Counted from the first letter of the whole stretch, positions 14,967-26,532 are shown. The stretch is DNA of 63,191 nucleotides, filler included, from Octopus bimaculoides (GCF_001194135.2; 6 parts of 6 records of this genome joined end to end with filler, not necessarily neighbours in it), one strand, 5' to 3'. Program-made: numbers and translations. The notes: generated from the sequence alone by a model not told the origin.

Positions 14967-15910
14967 GTGAGAGAGAGGAAGAGAGAGAGAGATAGAGAGA
15001 GAGAGAGACTGAGGGACAGACAGACCGGTGGTGGTGAACGCTGACAACAAACTGACCGGTGAATTAAGGTGGACAGTGCCTTCAGTGTGTCACAGCGGGG
15101 CAGCGTGGTGGGGGGCAGTGGGAGAGGAAGCATAGAACATCATCATCATCATCATTATCATCATCGACATCATCAGCAGCAGCTGTAGCAGTAACAGCAC
15201 TTGCAGCAAGCACGAGCATCACCTACAGCAGCAGCATCAGCGGCGTCACCTGAAGCAGTAATATTGCTTTCATCATTAACAAAGTCACCAACTTCACCGC
15301 CGCCACCACCACCACCACCAGCAGCAACAGTGACAGCGACATCATCAACATCATCACCACCACCACCACCAACATCAACAGCAGCACTATCTTGTCGTCA
15401 GCATCACCATCGACATCGCCAAAGGCAGCAACATCCACATTTATTAGCAGCAGCAGTAACATCGTTTCCATCAACCGCTTTCGCTGGAGAACAACATTAA
15501 CAACGACAAGTAGCGCCACCATCACCACCATCATAACCAACAACAACAACAACAACAACAGCAACAACAACAGTAGGGGCTGCAAAATCAGCTGCAAAGG
15601 AAGAAGGAGAGGGTAGAGAAAGATACATGCGAAGAGAAACGAGAGGGGCAGGAGGTAGAGAGGAGGAGGAGAAGTGAGTGGTAGTGGTGGTCGTGGCTGT
15701 GGTGGTGGTGGTGGTGGTGGTGGTGGTTGTATTGGCGGTGGTGGTGGTAGTGGTGTTTGTGGTGGTTGTGGTGTTGGAAGTAGTGAGGGGTGGGAACTCA
15801 AGTGGACGCGACAGAAAGGAGTTGCTCTGCTGCGGGGGAGCGAGAAGAAGAGTTCGCCGTGTAACAACAACAATAACAACAACAGCAACACATACTACCA
15901 CTACTACTAT

Positions 15911-15955
<45 letters not shown>

Positions 15956-16075
15956 CTCTGTAAAATAAAAATAACAATACCAACATCTGTAACAACAACA
16001 ACAGCATCATAACCACAGTTATGCCAAACTAAAAAGAAAAATACTTACTACTACTAATAATAATAATAAGAATAA

Positions 16076-16108
<33 letters not shown>

Positions 16109-16879
16109 CACTACAATAACAATATCAATACCATCAACAACAATAATAAGTATAATCTCAATAATACCTACATAGCAACAACAATAGTAACGAGAATTGC
16201 GGCCAACGTCAGTGACAACAACAACAGCGACAAACAGTTATTTCAACAACAACAACAGCAGCAGCAGCAGCGATAACAAAAAAAAACACAAACAAAAATA
16301 CAGCGGTTGTTGTAACAACAACGATATAGTTATTATAGCCATCATCATCATCATCATCATCATCACAAACGACATAGAAATAGAGAAGGTGACAGCGAGG
16401 GTGGCGCCAACAACAGTAACAACAACAACAATTATAACATAAAGAATAGCAGTGACAAGTGACATCGCAAAAGGAGCAGCAGCAGCAGTGAAGCATGAGG
16501 CAACAACAACAACAACAATAAAAACAACTACAGTGGTAGTAGTAGTAGAAGAAGAAGAAGAAGAAGAAGAAGTAGAGGACAACGCAACAAAAACAAGCGT
16601 GTTGACGACACCATCAGCAGCAGCAGCAGTAACGTCGGGGGTAATAGCAACAACAACCACAAAGAACATCAGATATAGTTGAAACAGTGACAGCAGTGAC
16701 AACAACAACAAGAAGAAGCACTACACTAAGTGTAGCAACAACGGCGGTGCGTCTGTCACCACTACTGCTGCTACTGCTGTTGCTGCAGCGGTGACAACAA
16801 TAACAACTACAAAAACAACAAGAGAAACTTAGCACGACCATAGAATTGGCAGGAAATAACGGCGGGTGACATCACAACG

Positions 16880-16918
<39 letters not shown>

Positions 16919-18134
16919 CAAGCGACAACAACTTTATTAGGAGTTGCAGTAAGCAACAGGTGTGACAATATCACCCTCAGCACCTGTAGCAGTCGTAGGG
17001 ACAGCAGCAACCAACAGCAGCGACTAATAAGCAATAACAACAACGGCAGCGACAACAGCAACAGCAGCAGCAGCAGCAGCAGTAACGGACCAATCAAGCA
17101 GCGGTTTTAGAAATTGTTCCTACCTTTCTACCACCACCACCACCACCACCACCACCATCACTTCACCCCTCTTCTTTATACCACTGAGTATAACATCAAC
17201 CCCCACCGCCTCTATCAACAACAACAACAACAACATACTTTGAACATCACAACCAACAACACCACCTCATCTAACATACAACCAATAACAACATCAGCAA
17301 ATAACAATACACTTCCCTCCATCGTTTCGACGGTCAAAAAAAATACCTACTTCACCACCAACAACCACAAGACAACACTAACATTTTAAAACAACCACAA
17401 CAACAATAGCCGAAACAATAAGAGCAACACTACTAGTACCGACACTGTCTAAAATACCTTCAGCGCCATTCGCCTTCTCACCGTAACACCAACACCACCA
17501 CCAACACCACCACCACCAAAATCAATACTACAAGAGTGTATATATTTGTATATATAACAACAATAACAACAACACAACAATAGCATAACAGGACATCTAT
17601 AACGTGACAACAACAACAATAACAACAATACTGCCTTGCTCAGCACTAAGCTGACGGTGGTGGCAAAACAATAACAATAACAATAACAGTTGTATCAATA
17701 TTAAGAACATAAACCAAGAACAATCCACTTGGTCCTCTGATCTGCTGGCAATAACACTTCCAAAATAACGGGATGGTCACGACAGGAATACTTTTTAACT
17801 GTATATTTGCGCAGTCAGAGATGACCTCGGGTTAAACAACAATAGCGATCATATCGATAACACTAACAGCAATAACAATAATAGCAACAACAACAACAAC
17901 AGCAACAATAACAACAACAATAACAACAACAATAACAACAACAATAACAACAAAGACATCTCCCTTCGAACTCCCACGCCACCCACATTTATAACAAAAT
18001 TTGTAACAACGCCATCATCATCACCACAATCATCTAAACACCACAATCAACAACAACAAGTGTGACACCTGTAAAAAGTACCATCATTAGCACAATAATC
18101 ATCACTTAACAATCTGTAACGTAAACGTCATCAA

Positions 18135-18169
<35 letters not shown>

Positions 18170-18350
18170 CCGTCACAGGCAGCATCACCTTTTCTATATT
18201 TTCCCTCTCACCACAGCCCCTTTATTTTTTCCTTACTCCGCCGCCTCCTTTCTTTTCTTCAACCTCCCCCTCCGCCTCTTTTTCTTCGCACACCCCCTCC
18301 ACCCTCCCCCTATTACTACGACAAACGGTGCCACCATCACGCCTTTCTTG

Positions 18351-18384
<34 letters not shown>

Positions 18385-18757
18385 TTGATCGTCCTCCTCC
18401 TCCTCATCGTCGTCATCGTTATCAACCCCTCAATCATCATCATCACTATCATCATCATCACTATCATCATCATCACTATCACCATCATCAACAATATCGC
18501 CGCCGTCGCCATTACCACTTCTACAATAACAACAACAGCCACAACAACAACAACGAAAACAAAAACAACTGCAGCAGAACTTGCAGCAACAGCGGCAACA
18601 AGTGCAACGAAAGTAGCAACAACATCAACAACAATACCAACAACAGTAGCAACAGCAACAACAATAATAATAACAACTGCAAAAACAACACCTGCAACAA
18701 CCACTGCAACAAAAGCAACAACAGCTGCAACAACAACCACAACAAAAGCAACAATAG

Positions 18758-19861
18758 CAGCTGCAACAGCAGCAACAACTGCATCCACAAGCTGCAAAAA
18801 TACCGGCACCAAGACGAACACCAGCAACAACCCTCACAGTCACAATAACTCCTCCGCCGGCCCCACCACTAACACCCACATCACCACTACCTACAAGCAC
18901 AACTATAGCAACAACAACTTCAACTACAACAACAACAACAGCAGCAGCTTCTGCTGCTGCTGCTGCTGCTGTTGCAGCCAAATCAGCAGCCTCGTCGGCG
19001 TCAGCATCATTATCAACAACAGCTCGGAGATTATCGTCAGCCGTTCCGCTAGATTTTTCCTCGTTGTCTTCATCGCTTTCCACCTCGGTTCAGTCCTTAT
19101 CGCCTCGACAACCACCACGGAAGCGGGGCCGAAGCCCACGCCCGAGTCCCAAACCAAGCCCGAAACCAAGCCGGCTTCTTCGTCACCATCATCAGCAAAA
19201 ACACAAGTCACCAGCGGCATCACCATCATCATCGTTATCATCGGCGATACCACAACTGTTTTCGCAGGCAGCGGCGGCGTTAAAAAGTGTACCTTCGTCA
19301 GTTTCCTCGTCGCAATTGAAACCGTCGACACCACCACCAAAGGGAGTACGAACGCCTACACAGAATCGGAAAACAACAACGATAGTTCTTCTCCAGCCGT
19401 CGGTACAGACAAAGCAACAGCCACCACCGTCACCACGCCGACTCTCACAAACACAATTACAGCCACCGTCGCCCTCTCCACGCCGCTTATCAGACACACA
19501 ATTGCAACAACCAGCGTCCTTTCCACGCCGTTTATCACAAACGCAACTTCAACAACCACCGCCGCCGTCACCACGACGCTTATCACAAACACAACTACAG
19601 CCCCCATCGCCCTCCCCACGCCGACTATCAGACACACAGCTACAACAACCGCCGGCCTCGCCACGCCGCCTGTCGCAAACACAACTCCAACCACAACAGT
19701 GGCCGCAAGCGAGCCCACGGCCAAGCCCAACGTGTCCCGTTTCGCCCACTCCATTTGCGGCATCGCCTCCCTCTTCATCGGCACCTTCTTCTCCGCCGCC
19801 TTCTCCACCTTCACCGCGATGTTGTGAGTGTTTCGGTTGTGGTAGTGTTCTGACGAGGAGA
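18758..19861 (+). CDS. Putative in-frame N-terminal extension of the SCYL2-like exon (Q/T/A/S/P-rich, six SPRRLS(Q/D)TQL repeats, Cys cluster)
   Basis: Stop-free from 18758 into ATG 19862 in the same frame as ORF 19064..20188. Repeat variation is almost purely synonymous. No in-frame ATG and no clear splice acceptor, so the 5' boundary is unknown. Confidence 0.55.
19415..19687 (+). repeat. Coding tandem repeat: six 45-48-nt units (15,15,15,16,15,15 aa) arranged ABC-ABC
   Basis: QQPPPSPRRLSQTQL / QPPSPSPRRLSDTQL / QQPASFPRRLSQTQL / QQPPPPSPRRLSQTQL / QPPSPSPRRLSDTQL / QQPPASPRRLSQTQL. Confidence 0.9.
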
Positions 19862-20011
19862 ATGGAAGTTTTATCCATGCTAAAATTGTCCTTAAACACT
19901 GACAATATTAATCCTATAACAAAATATTATGATATAGGCAAACAGGTCGGCAGTGCAGGACCAGAAATGGTATGGAAGATTTTCGATGCAGTGCGCCTTG
20001 AGGACAAAAGA
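19862..20011 (+). CDS. SCYL2: SCY1-like protein 2 family (SCYL2/CVAK104-like) pseudokinase, exon encoding the conserved N-terminus (50 codons, phase-0 donor)
   Basis: MEVLSMLKLSLNTDNINPITKYYDIGKQVGSAGPEMVWKIFDAVRLEDKR resembles the SCYL2 N-lobe (human, from memory: NPVTREFDVGRHIASGGNGLAWKIFNG). It ends at a canonical AGA|GTAAGT donor. Orthologue versus paralogue is unresolved. Confidence 0.85.
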
Positions 20012-20017
20012 GTAAGT
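20012..20017 (+). promoter_or_regulatory. 5' splice donor GTAAGT
   Basis: Perfect consensus, located exactly where protein similarity ends. Confidence 0.85.
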
Positions 20018-20209
20018 ACATATTTTAGCTTTTGTTTCCTTCTCCCTTATTCCTTCCAAATATTTTTATATCAGTTGTGTTGGTTCATAATGCTGTTGTA
20101 TTTTTCATTCGCTCTCCCAGTCTATATAACGATATCTAAGCGAGGCGCAAAACTGCAAATATTGGGCGGTGTGGAAAGGGGAAAGTAGTTTTTCCCTAAT
20201 ATTCTGTTG

Positions 20210-20440
20210 AAGTTCATCGAGGTCGGTTTTGCCTTTTATCCTTTCAGAGTCGGTAAAATGTGTACCAGTCGTGTACTGGAGTCGATGTAATGACCAAACC
20301 CCTCCCTCAAAATTTCAAGTTTTGTTTCTATAGCAAAAAGGGTTATTCATCTTTTCAGGGTCGATGAATTAAGAACCAGTTGTACACAGAGGTCGATGTT
20401 TAGCCCCTGCCCCAAAATTGCTAACCTTGCGCCGAAAATC
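20210..20440 (+). mobile_element. SINE family C, partial and partly duplicated
   Basis: GAGGTCGGTTTTGCCTTTTATCCTTTCAGAGTCGGTAAAA core, with a second CATCTTTTCAGGGTCGATG piece about 100 nt downstream. Confidence 0.75.
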
Positions 20441-20445
20441 GAAAC

Positions 20446-20483
<38 letters not shown>

Positions 20484-23247
20484 TGAGATCTAGTATGCTT
20501 TATAACAATATTTAACACGCTTTTTAGCCTCCAGTATTGCACTGGTACTTTATTTTTGTCGACCCTTCAGAAGGTTATTTGTCACATGTTTACAAGAAAA
20601 AGAAAAAAANNNNNNNNNNNNNNNNNNNNNNNNNNNNNNNNNNNNNNNNNNNNNNNNNNNNNNNNNNNNNNNNNNNNNNNNNNNNNNNNNNNNNNNNNNN
20701 NNNNNNNNNNNNNNNNNNNNNNNNNNNNNNNNNNNNNNNNNNNNNNNNNNNNNNNNNNNNNNNNNNNNNNNNNNNNNNNNNNNNNNNNNNNNNNNNNNNN
20801 NNNNNNNNNNNNNNNNNNNNNNNNNNNNNNNNNNNNNNNNNNNNNNNNNNNNNNNNNNNNNNNNNNNNNNNNNNNNNNNNNNNNNNNNNNNNNNNNNNNN
20901 NNNNNNNNNNNNNNNNNNNNNNNNNNNNNNNNNNNNNNNNNNNNNNNNNNNNNNNNNNNNNNNNNNNNNNNNNNNNNNNNNNNNNNNNNNNNNNNNNNNN
21001 NNNNNNNNNNNNNNNNNNNNNNNNNNNNNNNNNNNNNNNNNNNNNNNNNNNNNNNNNNNNNNNNNNNNNNNNNNNNNNNNNNNNNNNNNNNNNNNNNNNN
21101 NNNNNNNNNNNNNNNNNNNNNNNNNNNNNNNNNNNNNNNNNNNNNNNNNNNNNNNNNNNNNNNNNNNNNNNNNNNNNNNNNNNNNNNNNNNNNNNNNNNN
21201 NNNNNNNNNNNNNNNNNNNNNNNNNNNNNNNNNNNNNNNNNNNNNNNNNNNNNNNNNNNNNNNNNNNNNNNNGGCTGTGCTGCTGCTGTTGTTATAACCA
21301 GTGTTATTGTAGCTGTGGTTTCTGCTGGGGAAGTAGATTGGCAAAAATCATTAGAGAAATAGTTGGAAACACTGCTTCCGGTTCCTTTCCGGGCTGAGTT
21401 CAAATGCTACCCAACTCAATTTTGCCCTTCATCCTTTCAGTGCAGATAAAATAACGTAGCAATCTTCTACAGAGATCGATTTAATCTCTTACCACCACCA
21501 CCACCCTGCACACACATCTCTCACTTCCTAAAAATAAAAAAAGACATTTATTGTAATTGCTGTTGTTGTTGTTGCTTAACTCCCGGTCAGACGCGGTCGA
21601 GCTGACCAATGACCAAAGGTATTACAGTTGTGACCATCCCGTCTTTTATTTCCCTGTGATCACGGAAAGGATAAACCGGCAACCATTTAATTCCTGGGTG
21701 CTTTTTCCAAGACAGTGGGTATCGGAGGGGGGAGATTAGGTTACTATTTCTAGCCGGTATGTGTGTCTCAGTTGTTGGTTCGAGATGAGGCGTGACTTTA
21801 ATTGAAATTCTGCAATGCTACCTACATTTGACAAAATGTGTGGGGGGTGGGGGACATGTTCCTAATAATTTTCACTCAGCTTGTTAGAAATAGCAGCTAA
21901 ATCTCCCTCAAACTCATGTATTATTCTCTTCAAAGAAAATTAAACAGGCAGGACACATTGTGGAAGAGACAGCCTCACATACGCGGTGATCACAGTGGAA
22001 CGCATTTGCGTCGGGTGAAAGGGTGTGGTGCTAAGCTTAACCACCATCGCCACCACCGCTGCCATCAGCAATAACAAACATCAGCAACGAGCAAATGAGG
22101 GAACCTCTATGTGGTCGCTCTGCATGCTAAAAATAGCAGCTAATTTCCTCCATTCAAATCACATACTAGTGTCTTTGATAAAAACATGTTGAATGTCGTA
22201 GTCATATGTTAGGATGGTCACGGCTGGAAAGTCTTTAGTCCTGGAGTTTTGTCGATTAAACAATAATGAATAATAATTATCAACACTATTGAATCAAAGA
22301 AGTAGCTTCTATGTGGTTGATCAACCTGCTAGAAATAACAGGTAAATATGCCTCAAACTTCACAATGTCATTTAAAATATGAAAGGGTAGAAAATAAGGC
22401 GAGACGGCTATGGCTGGGACCATTTTGATGGTAAGTCTTTCTGTCAGTTCAGGTCTGACCTGCTTCTAAACAACAACCTGCACTTTCACTAACAACAACC
22501 ACAGCTACAATAACAAGAAGAACACTAACATCTCCACCAACACTATCACCGCCTCCGTTACGAGCAAAAACAACATTTGCAACAACAACAACAACAACAC
22601 GCACAACAGCACTAACAAATGCTACATCTACACCACAAGCAATAACAAGTGCAACAACAACAACTACTACTACTACTACTACTATATGTCCATATCCCAC
22701 TGTTAAGTAACAGACCATATGTCGATGTTTGACAGAAAGGCAATAAAAGTAGATGAAATTGTTACAAATTGGAAAATTTTTCTGGTGGACATGCTGGATT
22801 AGTAAACGCCACACCGGATTAAGTGACTTAATTATTTAATTATCTCCCTTTACATTCAGAGTTCAAATATTGTTGCCGATAAGCAAAGAAGTAGGATTAA
22901 TAAAATAAGCTCACACCTTTAGCAATAAATTAAATTTGTAGTCTTGTGCCTATATTCAAAGTCATATGTGTATATATATATGGGGGTTTTGTAAATTCGA
23001 TATCGTTTCCATTTCTTTTTCTCTTGCGGCTCTTAATGCTTTTTCTTCTCATTAATGAATTATATGATCCAAACTGTTAGATGTTCTTCATGTTCCTCGT
23101 ATTACTGTATTTATTTTCATTCTTGCTGTTTCGCCTCGTAATTCCGAGCTTTTTGATCACCACTTTTACTCCTCTACCTCCTTATATATTTCTTTATTCA
23201 TACTTCGTAATCTCCCTAAGTCTAATGTGTGTGTTTGTGTGTGTGTA

Positions 23248-23289
<42 letters not shown>

Positions 23290-23394
23290 TGTGTTAATGC
23301 TTTTTATGTGAAATTGTACATAAAAGCAATTGACCATTACTCAATACGGTTTAGTAACTGCATGTTTATCAACTGTTTCAAAGAAAAGGTTGAT

Positions 23395-23468
23395 AGTGAC
23401 TTCAAAGTTTTGGCTTTCTCTCCTTCATCTATTGACAACGGAAAGCAAGCCAAAACTTCGAAGTCACT
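23395..23468. other. 74-nt near-perfect hairpin
   Basis: AGTGACTTCAAAGTTTTGGCTT is the reverse complement of AAGCCAAAACTTCGAAGTCACT with 1 mismatch in 22; further pairing continues into the spacer. Confidence 0.9.
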
Positions 23469-23511
23469 GCCAAGCCTTTTCTTGTAAAAGTTACTCTGTG
23501 CATATGTCTGT

Positions 23512-23625
<114 letters not shown>

Positions 23626-23727
23626 ATGTGCGTGTATGTGTGTGTATCATTTATTCAATTTCTCAGTAAGCACTGAAATATTTTCTATTTTGTAACCTAT
23701 TCCATTAACCCCCCACTTTATTCGTCG

Positions 23728-23780
23728 CCTTTGTCGCTACCTGACCCTTTGTCGCTACCTGACCCTTTGTCGCTACCTGA
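23728..23780. repeat. 18-bp tandem repeat x3 (CCTTTGTCGCTACCTGAC)
   Basis: Read directly; the third unit is 17 nt. Confidence 0.95.
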
Positions 23781-24263
23781 GTAAGGTCCCTTTCTGTTCT
23801 GACGAAACAATTTTAAAAAATAGTAATACAAAGAAACGCTTATAATTCTAACTCACAGTACATATGGTAGAATTTCTACGTTACTATTATTTCCATTTTT
23901 CTAATTATTATTGTTGTTACTGTTGTTGTTATTGTTATTTTTGCCGTTTTTGCTGTTATTATTATTATTATTATTTTTACTTATTTCTATTTGTATAAAT
24001 TTGTAAATCTGCCAAACAGTTGCTTCCTTATATCAAAGATTTCGACTTTTCCTTCGATTTCGGTCAATATTTGAGGTTGACTAAAGCGTAACACACGAAC
24101 GCACATTTTGCTCAGCAGAAAAAATAATACGCTAGATCCATCCCTCCAATTTTTCAGCCTACTATTCCTGGAAGTGTTGTGGAGGTACAAACTTCTGGCA
24201 TCTCCTCCATGTGGTTATTTCAGAAGCAAGCTTCATTACACTTTCCAGTTGGATTCCCAAGCA

Positions 24264-24395
24264 TCACCAGCTGTGACCCTGGATATTATCCAACCATCTC
24301 GTTCTTGGTCTTCCCTTGGTGTAACCTACCTGTTGGCTTGGTTTGAAGAATCCGTCCAACGATTCTTTCCTGCGACATTCAAATCCCATGAGTGA
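24264..24395 (-). mobile_element. RTE-type LINE extreme 3' fragment
   Basis: KGRPRTRWLDNI motif in ORF 24264..24479. Confidence 0.65.
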
Positions 24396-25349
24396 CTCCG
24401 TGGTGGTGGTGGTGGTCGCGGTGGAGATGAAGTGGTGAGACTCCCTGATCTCTGAAATATGCATGCTGTCGAGCAGCATTACTCCAGAAATAATGATTGT
24501 TATGAAAGAACAAAGCTAAAATGACGGACTAAATCGCTTTGCAGTGTTTAGTGATTACGTCCCTTGAACGTTCAGAACTTCCAATTGATTTGTTTGTTAA
24601 CCCGATCGATAATCGATACGACTTACCAATCAGTTGATTTGATCGATTATACATCTCATCTTACTTTACCACCTCACCCCATCAGCTCTAAAACCCAACA
24701 GCAAGAAGGACTCAAAGAAGAAGCCTCTGCATGGTCTACGGACATGCCAGGAGTGGCAGCTAAATCATCCTCGAGTTATACCATGCGGCCCTCTTTTTTT
24801 TTCTTGCAAAAAATTCACGTTGGAGACTGAGAAACTGGATTTACTACATATTGAAGGGAAAAGGTGGGATGGTCACCATTGAAATTATCTAATCTGTCTG
24901 TATGGAGTTGATTTGGGCTTAAACAACAAAGCATATTCTTCGATTCGTTACGTTGGGAGACGAGGTAAACTGCCGAACTAAATGATTTTGTAGTCCTTAG
25001 TTATCTCCCCTTTACTGATCTGAATGCGAATACTACTAACATTGAGTTCACTTTCCAACTTTTAGGTAAGACGGAAGGAATAATGTTTGTTCAATAAAAT
25101 TAAATACCAGGCATATGCAAAGGGTTACTGGGGTGGGGAGGAGGCCTTGTACTTAATTCAGAAATTAATCTTACTATTGTCTTTCATGCCTGATTTATTC
25201 TTCTTTGCTTTTATTTTTGCATTCATAATGAATTCTATGCAGCCCCACTTGCCCCCGCTCACAGACGCACACACTTGCACTCTCGCACCATTCCTGTAAT
25301 TTTTACCTATTGATGTCCTCCTTTAATTGTCAACAAATGAAATTAGTAT

Positions 25350-25554
25350 CGACGAGCCGAGAGAATCGTTAGCACGGCGGGAAAAAATGCTTAGCGACGT
25401 TTCGTCCGTCTTTACGGTTCAAATTCCGCCAACGTCGACTTTGCCTTTCATCCTTTCGGGGTCGATACATTTAGTACTAGTGAAACAATGAAGTCGATGT
25501 AACCAACTAGTCCCCTCCCTACAAATTTCAGGCCTTGTGCCTTTAGCAGAAAGG

Positions 25555-25596
<42 letters not shown>
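25350..25596 (+). mobile_element. SINE family C with an (ATT)n tail
   Basis: Head GACGAGCCGAGAGAATCGTTAGCAC and core GTCGACTTTGCCTTTCATCCTTTCGGGGTCGAT. Confidence 0.9.
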
Positions 25597-26349
25597 NNNN
25601 NNNNNNNNNNNNNNNNNNNNNNNNNNNNNNNNNNNNNNNNNNNNNNNNNNNNNNNNNNNNNNNNNNNNNNNNNNNNNNNNNNNNNNNNNNNNNNNNNNNN
25701 NNNNNNNNNNNNNNNNNNNNNNNNNNNNNNNNNNNNNNNNNNNNNNNNNNNNNNNNNNNNNNNNNNNNNNNNNNNNNNNNNNNNNNNNNNNNNNNNNNNN
25801 NNNNNNNNNNNNNNNNNNNNNNNNNNNNNNNNNNNNNNNNNNNNNNNNNNNNNNNNNNNNNNNNNNNNNNNNNNNNNNNNNNNNNNNNNNNNNNNNNNNN
25901 NNNNNNNNNNNNNNNNNNNNNNNNNNNNNNNNNNNNNNNNNNNNNNNNNNNNNNNNNNNNNNNNNNNNNNNNNNNNNNNNNNNNNNNNNNNNNNNNNNNN
26001 NNNNNNNNNNNNNNNNNNNNNNNNNNNNNNNNNNNNNNNNNNNNNNNNNNNNNNNNNNNNNNNNNNNNNNNNNNNNNNNNNNNNNNNNNNNNNNNNNNNN
26101 NNNNNNNNNNNNNNNNNNNNNNNNNNNNNNNNNNNNNNNNNNNNNNNNNNNNNNNNNNNNNNNNNNNNNNNNNNNNNNNNNNNNNNNNNNNNNNNNNNNN
26201 NNNNNNNNNTTTCCATTTCTTTTAGAGAGACGTTGTCATCTGCTGGTATTGATACATCAATTAGAAAGCATTTTTTTCTTCATGATCTTTGACAACTATA
26301 TCTGGTCTATTTGCCTTAATTTCTCTATCTTATTATTATTATTATTATA

Positions 26350-26402
<53 letters not shown>

Positions 26403-26532
26403 CTAATCTTTTTTTATCATGTGTTTTCACTGCACTACCGGCACAGCTATGTGCCTTGGGTATGTGCTGTGGTTTGTTGTCGTGTTCTTATTTTCCCTGT
26501 ATTGAAAGTGCTTTACGTAGGACGTGTGCTTG

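Larger units (their letters stand above)
12900..19860. repeat. About 7-kb CpG-rich, strand-asymmetric mosaic of trinucleotide repeats (CAA, CAT, CTA, CAG, CCA, GGT)
   Basis: Read directly. It accounts for most of the homopolymeric ORFs in the ORF track. Confidence 0.9.

Noticed and set aside
18328-19827. 499-aa Thr-rich mucin-like ORF
   Set aside because: It starts at GTG inside microsatellites and is the shifted reading of the SCYL2-linked frame. The repeat units vary non-synonymously in this frame.
19192-19905. Antisense Cys-rich repeat ORFs (CVCDKRRG), metallothionein-like in appearance
   Set aside because: This frame only shares wobble positions with the + frame. It is split by a TGA near 19549, and the Leu CTN/TTR switches are non-synonymous in it.
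23987-24190. Minus-strand short ORF (EIEGKVEIFDIRKQLFGRF) with protein-like composition
   Set aside because: No recognisable homology and no donor site; it cannot be supported.
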